Source: Alphaproteobacteria bacterium
Lineage (GTDB): Bacteria > Pseudomonadota > Alphaproteobacteria > Rs-D84
Direction: 5' to 3'
DNA: 63,854 nucleotides
Assembly: GCA_009784815.1 (NCBI GenBank)
Contig: WQXN01000003.1
Coordinates: forward strand, 1 to 63,854
This document shows positions 1 through 8,614 of the stretch, piece after piece. The stretch's first letter is position 1. Every line of letters begins with the position of its first letter. The notes beneath the pieces were generated by a model. That model was not told the origin of the DNA and made no database searches. It worked only from the letters and a program-made list of their open reading frames with translations. The translations under genes and the position numbers were made by a program.

Positions 1-128
1 AGGATAAATCATTCAATGCCTAGAAAAACCGACTGGAATGTGGACATCTAAGTCCCTGTAAGGAGGTTTTTCGACGGCAGTCAAGGATTTAGACCGATTT
101 GAAAAATATTTAAGAATTTTTTGTCTTT
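1..128 (+). repeat. Long palindromic RPE-like element, partial copy cut by the window edge
   Basis: Tip GGACATCTAAGTCC resembles the copy at 31474; family right terminus TTTTTTGTC lies just beyond the alaS stop. Confidence 0.8.
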
Positions 129-131
129 ATA

Positions 132-1880
132 TTAACCTACCGCGGCTTTGATTCGGCGCACCCCGGCGGCGCAAGACTCTTCCTTCTGAATCTTGAAGGA
201 ACCAAGCTCGCGGGTGTTGCCCACGTGCGGCCCTCCGCAAATCTCTTTTGAAAAATCTCCTATGGTGTAAACTTTGACCTTTTCGGAATACTTGTCGTCG
301 AAAATTCCGATCGCGCCCGCGGCCTTGGCCTCCGCGACGGACATTTCTTCCATCACGACATCAACTTCGGCTTTGATCGCATCATTAACCAATCGTTCGA
401 CCTCGGCTATTTCTTCGAGTGCCATTTTGCGATCGAACGAGAAATCGAATCGCAACCGTTCGACGGTTATATTGCTGCCCTTTTGAAATACGCTTTCTCC
501 CAATACTTTTCGCAAAGCCGAATCCAACAAATGCGTCGCGGTATGAAGCTTGATTTTTTCTCCCGTCGGATCGTCTCCTTCTGCCATGCCGCCCTTAAAC
601 ACCTGCGATGACCGCGACCGTTCCTTCTGCTGTGCCATCGCGGCGTCAAAGCCCGGAACATCTACGCCGATTCCGCGTTCGCGCAAAATCTGCTGCGTAA
701 GATCAAGAGGAAATCCGTAAGTGTCGTACATCTTGAACGCCGCCTCGCCCGACATCACATTTCCGTTCATTGCCAAGATTTCTTTTTCCAACAATTTCAT
801 GCCGTTGGTCAGCATCTCGGCAAAAGCGTTTTCTTCTCGCTGAATAGTCTCGACCACGCGGCCGCTTTGCGTTATCAGTTCGGGATAAGCTTCGCCCATC
901 TGATCACACAAAGCTGGATACAACTTGGAAAGCAGCGCCCCCTTGTAACCCAGAACCTGGCCTTGGCGCATGGCGCGACGAAGTATGCGTCGCACTACGT
1001 AACCGCGCTCGACATTGCTTGGGATCACTCCGTCGGCTATGGTGAACCCGACCGCCCTAAGATGATCCGCTATGATTTTGAACGCCGGAGTATTTTCCTT
1101 GGTCTGGGTAACGCCGGTTACGTCGGATACTGCATTCCTCAAAGCTACGAACAAATCTGTGTCATAGTTGTCGTGAACTCCCTGCAGCATGGCGGCCCAA
1201 CGTTCCAAACCCGCTCCGGTATCGACATTTTGTTTTGGAAGATTGGCAAGCGATCCGTCCGCCTGCCGATCATACTGCATGAACACGTTGTTCCAAACTT
1301 CGACATATCGTCCCGCGTCTTCGTCGGCGCTTCCGGGCAAGCCGCCGGGAATATCGGCGCCGTGATCGTAAAATATCTCGGTGCAAGGTCCGCACGGCCC
1401 TGTGTCTCCCATGGCCCACCAGTTGTCTTTATCAAGGCGGATTGCGTCTTTTCCGGTAAGCTTTTTCCAAATTTCTGTCGATTCGTCGTCGGTTATATGA
1501 GTGGATACGATCAAGCGTCCGGGATCAATCCCTAATTCTTTGGTAAGCAATTCCCAAGAAAGCTCGATCGATCCTTCTTTGAAATAATCCCCGAACGACC
1601 AGTTTCCAAGCATCTCGAAAAACGTGTGGTGTCGGCCGTTGTGCCCGACGTCTTCAAGATCGTTGTGCTTTCCTCCGGCTCGCAGACATTTTTGAGAATC
1701 TGCGACTCGCGGCGCCGGGGCGGCCTCGATCCCTTGCAAAACCTTCTTGAACGGCACGACGCCCGCGACGGTGAACATCAGCGACGGGTCGTTTGGTATA
1801 AGCGACGCGCTTGGGACTATTTTATGCCCGTTTTTTTCCATAAACTTTAAGAATGACTTTCTAATATCGTTGAATTTCAT
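132..1880 (-). CDS. alaS: Alanine--tRNA ligase, short form without C-Ala domain
   Basis: SQKCLRAGGKHNDL, HHTFFEMLGNWSFGDYFK, YDTYGFPLDLT; editing motifs HTATHLL and EICGGPHV. Confidence 0.97.
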   Translation of the reverse strand: MKFNDIRKSFLKFMEKNGHKIVPSASLIPNDPSLMFTVAGVVPFKKVLQGIEAAPAPRVADSQKCLRAGGKHNDLEDVGHNGRHHTFFEMLGNWSFGDYFKEGSIELSWELLTKELGIDPGRLIVSTHITDDESTEIWKKLTGKDAIRLDKDNWWAMGDTGPCGPCTEIFYDHGADIPGGLPGSADEDAGRYVEVWNNVFMQYDRQADGSLANLPKQNVDTGAGLERWAAMLQGVHDNYDTDLFVALRNAVSDVTGVTQTKENTPAFKIIADHLRAVGFTIADGVIPSNVERGYVVRRILRRAMRQGQVLGYKGALLSKLYPALCDQMGEAYPELITQSGRVVETIQREENAFAEMLTNGMKLLEKEILAMNGNVMSGEAAFKMYDTYGFPLDLTQQILRERGIGVDVPGFDAAMAQQKERSRSSQVFKGGMAEGDDPTGEKIKLHTATHLLDSALRKVLGESVFQKGSNITVERLRFDFSFDRKMALEEIAEVERLVNDAIKAEVDVVMEEMSVAEAKAAGAIGIFDDKYSEKVKVYTIGDFSKEICGGPHVGNTRELGSFKIQKEESCAAGVRRIKAAVG

Positions 1881-1917
1881 AACCTGTCCTTTTGTCTCCC
1901 TATTATATAAGTATAGA

Positions 1918-1945
1918 TTGAAAAGTCAATAAACCTTGATATAAT
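1918..1945 (+). promoter_or_regulatory. sigma70-type promoter of miaA, probably leaderless
   Basis: TTGAAA-N16-TATAAT, then 6 nt to the ATG. Confidence 0.6.
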
Positions 1946-1951
1946 CGACCT

Positions 1952-2800
1952 ATGATCAAAAAATCATTCATAATCTCTGGACCGACGGCAAGCGGTAAAT
2001 CCGACTTCGCGCATGAAATCGCACTTCGGCTGGGCGGCACAATCATCAACGCGGACAGCGTGCAAATCTACCGCGGAATCGAAACTTTGTCGGCCTCGCC
2101 CAAGCCTGCCGATAACTACCGGCTTTACTCTATAATTGATCCGGATGAAAAAATGTCGGCGGGCCTTTACGCCGAACTTGCGGCCAAAGAATACGATCTC
2201 GCAACTACCCCGATTTTTGTAGGCGGCACGGGCTTTTACCTAAAGGCTCTCACAAGCGGCTTTTCAAAACTTCCCACTATATCGAACGAAACCCGAACGG
2301 CGGCTCGCGCCGTTTTGAACAAATACCAAGAACTAAAAAAATACGACCCAGCCATGGCGGATAAACTGCATCCGAACGACGCTCAGCGCATAAGCCGCGC
2401 GTTGGAAGTGTTTATGGAAACGGGCAAGCCTATGTCGGAATGGCAAAACGCGCCGCTTCAACCCGCCCTGCCCTATACGCCCACAAAAATAGCGATTATT
2501 CCACCCCGCGAAGAACTGCTTGAACGCGCCGCGCAAAGACGCGAACAAATGCTTGCGGGCGGCGCTATTGAAGAAGTGCGTCGACTTATAAATTTCGACA
2601 TCCAAGCGAACGGTTTTATGGAAATCAAAAAATGGATCAACGGCGAAATATCAAAGGAAGAAATGCTGAAACTTTGGGAGATTTCGGACGCGCAGTACAT
2701 CAAACGTCAAATGACCTGGCTGCGTCATAAGTTCGGCGCCGACATAACGATCGACCATATACCGGCGTCAAAGGATATAGATCATGTTTGCGGCCTCTGA
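1952..2800 (+). CDS. miaA: tRNA dimethylallyltransferase
   Basis: GPTASGKS, INADSVQIY, VGGTGFY, RISRALEV, YIKRQMTW. Confidence 0.95.
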   Translation: MIKKSFIISGPTASGKSDFAHEIALRLGGTIINADSVQIYRGIETLSASPKPADNYRLYSIIDPDEKMSAGLYAELAAKEYDLATTPIFVGGTGFYLKALTSGFSKLPTISNETRTAARAVLNKYQELKKYDPAMADKLHPNDAQRISRALEVFMETGKPMSEWQNAPLQPALPYTPTKIAIIPPREELLERAAQRREQMLAGGAIEEVRRLINFDIQANGFMEIKKWINGEISKEEMLKLWEISDAQYIKRQMTWLRHKFGADITIDHIPASKDIDHVCGL

Positions 2801-4733
2801 CATAGTGTGCGTGCTTTTACCGATAGTCCGCACCTCGGGCTTTGATTATTCGCTGCCCGCGCCTGCGAATATCGGCGACTTGGTGCAAGTGACGTTCCAA
2901 AATAAAAAAATTACTGGGGTGATAATAGGAAAAGGCGCAGCAAACCTTCCCGCCGAAAAAATAAAACCGATAGAAAAAATATTTGAAATTCCGGGCCTGA
3001 CCCAAACGGACATAGACTGGATCATCAAGATGTCGGACTGGACGCTGATGAACCCGGGCGCGGTGCTGCGCCTGATACTTAACGTGGACCTGGACGAAAA
3101 GCGCCCGTCTAAACCGCTTGAAATTCCGGCTTACCGCGACACGAATGCGATAACCCTGACGCCGGATCAACAAAAGGCTGCGGGCGCGATTCAAACGACG
3201 GCCCCGTTCAAAGTCCACCTTCTGGACGGAATCACGGGCAGCGGAAAAACGCAAGTATATTTTGACGTGGCGCTGCGCGTCTACAACGCTGGAAAGAATG
3301 TGCTGATCATGATGCCTGAAATCGCGCTGACCCAACAGTTCATCAAAAAATTTGAAAATAAATTCGGCGCCAAGCCGTTCGTATGGCATTCGAATCTGAC
3401 TCCCGCCGCCCGCAAAAAAATTTGGAAGGCCGTCGCCTCGTCACCGCGGCCGCTAATAATAATCGGCACCCGCTCGTCATTGTTTCTGCCGTGGAAAAAC
3501 CTAGGGCTGATAGTCGTCGATGAAGAGCATGACAGCTCGTACAAACAAGACGACCAAGGCAGCTACAACGCGCGCGACATGGCGATCCTGAAAGCGAAAA
3601 TGCTTAATATCCCGATAATTCTGGCCAGCGCCACGCCATCGGTCGAAACCTTGCGCAACGTAAGGGACGGGAAATATACGGCGTCATTATTGCCTTCTCG
3701 ATTCGGCGGGGCGCAACTTCCGGTGGTCGAAATAATAGACCTAAGGAAGAATAAACAAACCGGCGACATATCGGAAATTATGCTGTCCGAAATTTCAAAA
3801 ACTTTTGAATCGAATCAGCAAATAATGCTTTTTTTAAACCGCCGCGGATTTTCTCCGCACGTATTCTGCGCGGACTGCGGATCGCCAAGAACCTGCCCTG
3901 ACTGCTCGGTCGCGATGACCTACCACCAGCGATTCAAAAAAATTCTGTGCCATTATTGCGGCAGAAAATCGCAGGTTCCGTTGATCTGCCCGGACTGCGG
4001 AAAAGGCGAAATGCAAATGAATGGCAGCGGCGTGGAAAAAATAGAAAAAGAACTCCGTGAACGCTTTCCATCTGCGCGAATCGAAATTCTATCAAGCGAC
4101 ACGGCGGCGGACCTAAGCGGAATAATAGAACGCATAGAAAACGGCGAAACTGATATAATCGTCGGCACGCAGATCCTGGCCAAGGGACATCACTTTCCGA
4201 ACATTACTCTGGTCGGAGTGATCGACGCGGACGCGGGTCTGTACGGAAACGATTTCTTCGCGGCGGAGAAAACCTTCCAGCAATTGTTCAAAGTATCGCG
4301 CCGCGCTGGCCGCGGGGAAATTCCGGGACGCGTCCTGCTTCAAACTTACAATCCCGACCACCCGGTGCTAAGCGCGATCAAATGCAACAAGCGCGACGAT
4401 CTTATGAATACGGAACTTCAATCCCGCCAAGCGGCTAATATGCCTCCCTTCGGACAACTGATCGCAGTGATAGTGGAAAGCGACAAGGAAGCCAAGCTGA
4501 ATAAATTCTGCGAAGACCTAAAGGCCGCGGCGCCGAAAATAATCGGCGCGAAAATCGCTGGTCCCGTGCCGGCCGAAATGTACCAGATACGAAACTGGTA
4601 CCGCCAAAGGTTCCTGGTGCACGGAGGCGAAAAAGACAAGCTTCAGCCAATAATAAGGAAATGGATCGACAGCGTGAAAACGCCAAGCGACACGCGCGTC
4701 AAAATAGACGTCAACCCCCAGAATTTTTTATAA
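2784..4733 (+). CDS. priA: Primosomal protein N'
   Basis: GITGSGKT, DEEHDSSYKQ, SATPS, four CxxC pairs, GTQILAKGHHFP, IDVNPQ. Confidence 0.96.
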   Translation: MFAASDIVCVLLPIVRTSGFDYSLPAPANIGDLVQVTFQNKKITGVIIGKGAANLPAEKIKPIEKIFEIPGLTQTDIDWIIKMSDWTLMNPGAVLRLILNVDLDEKRPSKPLEIPAYRDTNAITLTPDQQKAAGAIQTTAPFKVHLLDGITGSGKTQVYFDVALRVYNAGKNVLIMMPEIALTQQFIKKFENKFGAKPFVWHSNLTPAARKKIWKAVASSPRPLIIIGTRSSLFLPWKNLGLIVVDEEHDSSYKQDDQGSYNARDMAILKAKMLNIPIILASATPSVETLRNVRDGKYTASLLPSRFGGAQLPVVEIIDLRKNKQTGDISEIMLSEISKTFESNQQIMLFLNRRGFSPHVFCADCGSPRTCPDCSVAMTYHQRFKKILCHYCGRKSQVPLICPDCGKGEMQMNGSGVEKIEKELRERFPSARIEILSSDTAADLSGIIERIENGETDIIVGTQILAKGHHFPNITLVGVIDADAGLYGNDFFAAEKTFQQLFKVSRRAGRGEIPGRVLLQTYNPDHPVLSAIKCNKRDDLMNTELQSRQAANMPPFGQLIAVIVESDKEAKLNKFCEDLKAAAPKIIGAKIAGPVPAEMYQIRNWYRQRFLVHGGEKDKLQPIIRKWIDSVKTPSDTRVKIDVNPQNFL

Positions 4734-4737
4734 TAAA

Positions 4738-4789
4738 TAATCTCAAAAAATCCCGGCAAGGTCGCGGCCTTGCCGGGATTTTTTGTCCC
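4738..4789 (+). terminator. Bidirectional terminator built from the termini of the long repeat family
   Basis: CAAAAAATCCCGGCAAGG-TCGCGG-CCTTGCCGGGATTTTTTGTC between convergent genes. Confidence 0.8.
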
Positions 4790-5104
4790 TTACTTATTCC
4801 CTGTGTACTTTTTAAGACATGACATCTCCCACCATATGGCAAGTCCCGGGACCAAGAAAAACACTACACCGGCTATCTTCGCGATACCGATCATGACATA
4901 CATATACGTTTCAAGCATCTTGGCGTCCCAAGCAACGAACATTCCCATGATCCAGTCGTAGAAACCGGTAAGCGTCAGCAGCCATGCGGCCGTGATCCAC
5001 ACTATGTTTATCAGGAACGCGCGAAAGTTTATATTACGTCTGTGATAAAGCTTCATCATCATGTGATCGACTTCGGTTTTGGACATTTTCGGCATATTAA
5101 TCAT
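4790..5104 (-). CDS. Small membrane protein, hypothetical
   Basis: 104 aa with 2-3 hydrophobic segments; AAGGAG SD upstream. Confidence 0.7.
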   Translation of the reverse strand: MINMPKMSKTEVDHMMMKLYHRRNINFRAFLINIVWITAAWLLTLTGFYDWIMGMFVAWDAKMLETYMYVMIGIAKIAGVVFFLVPGLAIWWEMSCLKKYTGNK

Positions 5105-5176
5105 ATCAATCTCCTTTTGTTACAAGATTATTGTATCACAAGTCGATTATTTTTCTTAAAACATTTATTCCTATAA

Positions 5177-5335
5177 TAATCTCAAAACACATAAGGCAAA
5201 TCGCGTTTTAAATAAATAATCGTCCAATACCAAGAAACCCCGGGATGCGGTGTACGTCCAAGTACATAATTCCCGGGGTTTCGAAGCGCAGTGGACGATT
5301 AGGCGCGAAAACGAAAATTACCTTACGCGGTTTGT
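5177..5335 (+). repeat. Long palindromic RPE-like element
   Basis: 95-bp core 5215-5309 is identical to 6727-6821; tip GTACGTCCAAGTAC; right end overlaps the last codons of the DUF3015 gene. Confidence 0.9.
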
Positions 5336-5778
5336 CCAATTAACTTGTAAATGCGGTCCGTGACTTCGGAAGCGTCGGCATTCAAAGCGAATATCGAATC
5401 GAAATTGTCATGCACAAGCGCTGTGAATTCGACCGAATCCATTCCGACTACGTGCGCGGCGGCTATCATTGCCTCGCCCCTTTCTCCGCTTGCGGCTTCC
5501 ATGGCGAACATTTCGAAGTTCCCGTGCACATACCCGAACAACTGACGGTTTGCGATCCTGGCTCCCTGCTTACAACCAAGGGTTCCCGAAGACATACCGA
5601 ACGCCTGGTTTATGAAAATCTGGTTGGTAAAGCTTGCTCCAAGATCAAACGCCAATCCGCGCTGTCCCGAGAATATAACGGATCCCAAACCGCAACCCGG
5701 GTTGTCCCTTGCTTCCACCGCGCCAGCCGAAGCCACGCATACGATAGCCGCGGCCATCGCTATTTTATTAAGTTTCAT
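5323..5778 (-). CDS. DUF3015-family secreted protein
   Basis: Signal peptide, GCGLGSVIF and QAFGMSSGTLGC motifs; start moved to MKLNK after AGGAG. Confidence 0.8.
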   Translation of the reverse strand: MKLNKIAMAAAIVCVASAGAVEARDNPGCGLGSVIFSGQRGLAFDLGASFTNQIFINQAFGMSSGTLGCKQGARIANRQLFGYVHGNFEMFAMEAASGERGEAMIAAAHVVGMDSVEFTALVHDNFDSIFALNADASEVTDRIYKLIGQTA

Positions 5779-5866
5779 TTTGCTTCTCCTTATTTTGATT
5801 TGATGTCCAATCCTATACTTATGTCCGCCATATATCAATAAAAAATTACATACGATTATTTTCCTC

Positions 5867-5945
5867 TTGCTTTTGAACTCGATTTGTGATATACTTGATC
5901 CATCAAAGCTAAAATATTATCCAATCCGCCCCCGGCGGTTTTTTT
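5867..5945 (+). promoter_or_regulatory. Promoter followed by an intrinsic terminator upstream of the first phage-like block
   Basis: TTGCTT-N17-TATACT, then CCGCC-CCC-GGCGG-T7 at 5926-5945. Confidence 0.55.
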
Positions 5946-5971
5946 ATTTCCCAAAATCAAGAGAACTCAAA

Positions 5972-6244
5972 ATGCACCTGGAATTAAAATGGTGGATCCA
6001 AGTAATAGTGATCCCGATAATCGGAGCGCTATTCATGTGGATCTCGCGCTTAAAATCGCACATGGATCTTTCCGACGAGAAAATCCGCGCGCACTTTTCG
6101 AACATACATAAAGATCTTGCCGACTACAAACTTGACGTCGCGCGGACCTACGCCTCGATCTCTTATATCAAGGACGTCGAAGCCCGCCTGACCCACCACC
6201 TGCTTCGCATAGAACGGAAACTGGAAAAAGGAGAACCAAAATGA
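5972..6244 (+). CDS. Phage-cluster membrane protein, holin-like
   Basis: N-terminal TM helix, then YKLDVARTYAS..YIKDVEARLTHHLLRIERKL; ATGA overlap with the hydrolase gene. Confidence 0.6.
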   Translation: MHLELKWWIQVIVIPIIGALFMWISRLKSHMDLSDEKIRAHFSNIHKDLADYKLDVARTYASISYIKDVEARLTHHLLRIERKLEKGEPK

Positions 6245-6690
6245 CCCAAGCCCTGACCGCCGCGCGAACCGCGCTTAACCCCGCCGCACACCTGACCGTC
6301 GAAGACAATCAAGACCTCTCGCGTCGAACATTGTACCGTCTTGCGCGCATAATCTACGCGGAAACCCACGCGGTGCTGCCTGATGCCGAAGCGCTGGCAA
6401 GCATGATCGCGAATCTGCGGCGCGCGAATAGCGCGCTTGAAGACATATCGGAAGATGCCGACCTGTTCGAATGCCTGAATAAAAAATCGGAACGCCACGC
6501 GGACCTATTAATAAGGTACGACTCGCGCGAACTTCAAATGTGCCTGCGCACCCTGTCGCGCGCGTTAAGCGGAGTTCTAAAAGATTCGACTCGCGGCGCG
6601 GTGCGATTTCACCGTGCCCAGCTTCTGCCCGACTGGGCTACAAGCGTCGGCTCGGTTTCCGAAATCGGCAACCTGCACTTTTATATTTAA
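6241..6690 (+). CDS. Cell wall hydrolase, SleB/Hydrolase_2-like, phage type
   Basis: LARIIYAE (catalytic E position), FECLN, DSTRGAVRFH, PDWA, IGNLHFY. Confidence 0.75.
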   Translation: MTQALTAARTALNPAAHLTVEDNQDLSRRTLYRLARIIYAETHAVLPDAEALASMIANLRRANSALEDISEDADLFECLNKKSERHADLLIRYDSRELQMCLRTLSRALSGVLKDSTRGAVRFHRAQLLPDWATSVGSVSEIGNLHFYI

Positions 6691-6850
6691 TAATCAAAAA
6701 ACATAAGGCCGTCCGCAAATTCGATGAATAATCGTCCAATACCAAGAAACCCCGGGATGCGGTGTACGTCCAAGTACATAATTCCCGGGGTTTCGAAGCG
6801 CAGTGGACGATTAGGCGCGAATTTGAAAAGTGGCCAATATGTTTTTTACA
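6691..6850 (+). repeat. Long palindromic RPE-like element
   Basis: Core identical to 5215-5309 but with a different outer stem. Confidence 0.9.
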
Positions 6851-6867
6851 TTCAGTAAGACTAACTC

Positions 6868-7131
6868 ATGACTATAAATTCTGCTCTAAGCGGAGGATGC
6901 CTCCGCGGAAAAAAAACTTACATCACCGCAGTCACCGGGGTAATTTCGGCTATTGGAATGTACCTTGCCGGCGACGCGGATTTATTTTTAACGCTGCATA
7001 CTATATTCCCGATGCTGGGAATGTTGTTTTTGCGCACAAGCATAAAGGAAAGAAAACATGACGAACGAAATTGCGATACCGGAAAAATTCAAAACTGCGA
7101 CGGGCGAAGCGAACCTCGAAGCGATACTTAA
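6868..7131 (+). CDS. Putative holin
   Basis: LRGKKTYI start typical of small phage holins, two TM segments; 3' end overlaps the scaffold gene and is uncertain. Confidence 0.5.
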   Translation: MTINSALSGGCLRGKKTYITAVTGVISAIGMYLAGDADLFLTLHTIFPMLGMLFLRTSIKERKHDERNCDTGKIQNCDGRSEPRSDT

Positions 7132-7672
7132 ATCCTACTCCGAACTTGAAAAAAAACTAAGCCAAGCTCCAAGCGCGCCGAAAGACGCCGCCGAATACGC
7201 GGCCCCCGGCTTTGGAGACAAAGACGACGACAATATAAGACAACAGTTTCTTGACATAGGCCTTACCAAAGACCAGGCCGAGAAAGTCTGCGCCCTTGCC
7301 GACTCTCTGATGAAGCCGATCGTAAGCGGTCTTATGGACGCTAACGGCGAAAGCTCCGAACTTGCCCAGCTGGAAAAGTTTTTCGGCGGCCCGGATAAAC
7401 TGGCGCCTGCATTGCAAGAGATCGAAGCGTTCGGGGCGAAATACCTGCCCGAAGACGCGTTCGAAACTCTCTGCTCGACGCATCAGGGAATCGTAAGCCT
7501 GTACAAGATGATGAAATCGCACGAGCCTGATATATCGACGAACAAGAACTCGTCGCAAAATTTATCCGAGAGCGAACTCAAAATAATGATGCGGGACCCG
7601 AAGTACTGGCGCGACCGCGATCCTGAATTCATACGTTCGATCGACACTGGATTCAAAAAACTATTTTCCTAA
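7058..7672 (+). CDS. Capsid assembly (scaffold) protein, T7 gp9-like
   Basis: IPEKF..G..NLEAILKSYSELEKKL at the N-terminus and MMRDPKYWRDRDP at the C-terminus. Confidence 0.75.
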   Translation: MTNEIAIPEKFKTATGEANLEAILKSYSELEKKLSQAPSAPKDAAEYAAPGFGDKDDDNIRQQFLDIGLTKDQAEKVCALADSLMKPIVSGLMDANGESSELAQLEKFFGGPDKLAPALQEIEAFGAKYLPEDAFETLCSTHQGIVSLYKMMKSHEPDISTNKNSSQNLSESELKIMMRDPKYWRDRDPEFIRSIDTGFKKLFS

Positions 7673-7810
7673 ATGTGATTAAAAAAATAAATACAAATTT
7701 TTTATCATTATTTTCACTTTTCTCTTTACTTGGATTTTTATTTTTATTATAATGCACATAAGGAGCAAACAAAAAGTTTGTTCTTCATAAAAAGAAAATA
7801 GGAGAAGAGG

Positions 7811-8041
7811 ATGTCATTGTTCTCAAAAAAGCCGGCTAAGAAAGTCGTCGCGAAAAAACCTGCTGCGAAAAAGGTTGCTGTAAAGAAACCTGCTGCGAAG
7901 AAGGTTGCCGCGAAGAAACCAGCCGTCAAAAAAGCTGCGGTTAAAAAATCGGTCGCCAAAAAAGTAGTCGCGAAGAAAGTCGTGGCGAAAAAGCCGGCCG
8001 TTAAGAAAGCCGTGAAAAAGAAAGTTGCGAAGAAAAAGTAA
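7811..8041 (+). CDS. Histone H1-like Lys/Ala-rich DNA-binding protein
   Basis: Tandem KKPAA/KKVAA pentapeptides; SD upstream and terminator at 8065-8088. Confidence 0.8.
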   Translation: MSLFSKKPAKKVVAKKPAAKKVAVKKPAAKKVAAKKPAVKKAAVKKSVAKKVVAKKVVAKKPAVKKAVKKKVAKKK

Positions 8042-8127
8042 TTTTTCTTAGCGTTTCTAAATAGAAGGGCCACGGCCCTTTTATTTTTTGGCGGAAAAAT
8101 AAAAGACCCTGCGGGTCTTTAATTCTT

Positions 8128-8214
8128 TGGTGGGAGTGGCTGGATTCGAACCAGCTCAGGCATAAGCCAACAGATTTACAGTCTGCCCCGGCTCTCCAAC
8201 TCCGGCGCACGCCC
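8128..8214 (-). tRNA. tRNA-Tyr(GUA)
   Basis: Cloverleaf with long variable arm, CTGTAAA anticodon loop, GTTCGAATC, CCA. Confidence 0.95.
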
Positions 8215-8224
8215 AACGGTCGGT

Positions 8225-8260
8225 ATTTTAGTTGATTTTTCGCAAAAGTCAATATATTAT
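8225..8260. promoter_or_regulatory. Overlapping divergent promoters for tRNA-Tyr and rnpB
   Basis: Plus strand TTGATT-N17-TATTAT; minus strand TTGACT-N16-TAAAAT. Confidence 0.6.
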
Positions 8261-8263
8261 TGG

Positions 8264-8558
8264 AAAATCAGACTGGTAGGTCATAGCGAGGCGGGTAACC
8301 GCCGCGAGGAAAGTCCGGACTGCAAGGAACAGAATAGCGGCTAACGGCCGCCGGGGGCGACCCCAGGACAAGTGCCACAGAGACGAGCCTATTAAGTTAG
8401 GGTGAAACGCGGTAAACTCTATTCGCAGCAATCTCAAATAGGACGGTGTCGTGCGTTCCTCACAAACCGTCGGGTAGAGAGCTTGACCCTGGCAGCAATG
8501 CCAAAGGCAGACGAATTATGACCCAAGACAGAATCCGGCTTACCGCCAGTCTGATTTT
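8264..8558 (+). ncRNA. rnpB: RNase P RNA, compact
   Basis: GAGGAAAGTCCGG and ACAGAATCCGGCTTA (P4), AGTGCCACAG, GGTAAAC; P1 AAAATCAGACTGG/CCAGTCTGATTTT. Confidence 0.95.
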
Positions 8559-8614
8559 TCCTATCTATAAAACCCTTCGTTGACGAGGGGCGGCGTTGTG
8601 GTATAATTGCGCTG

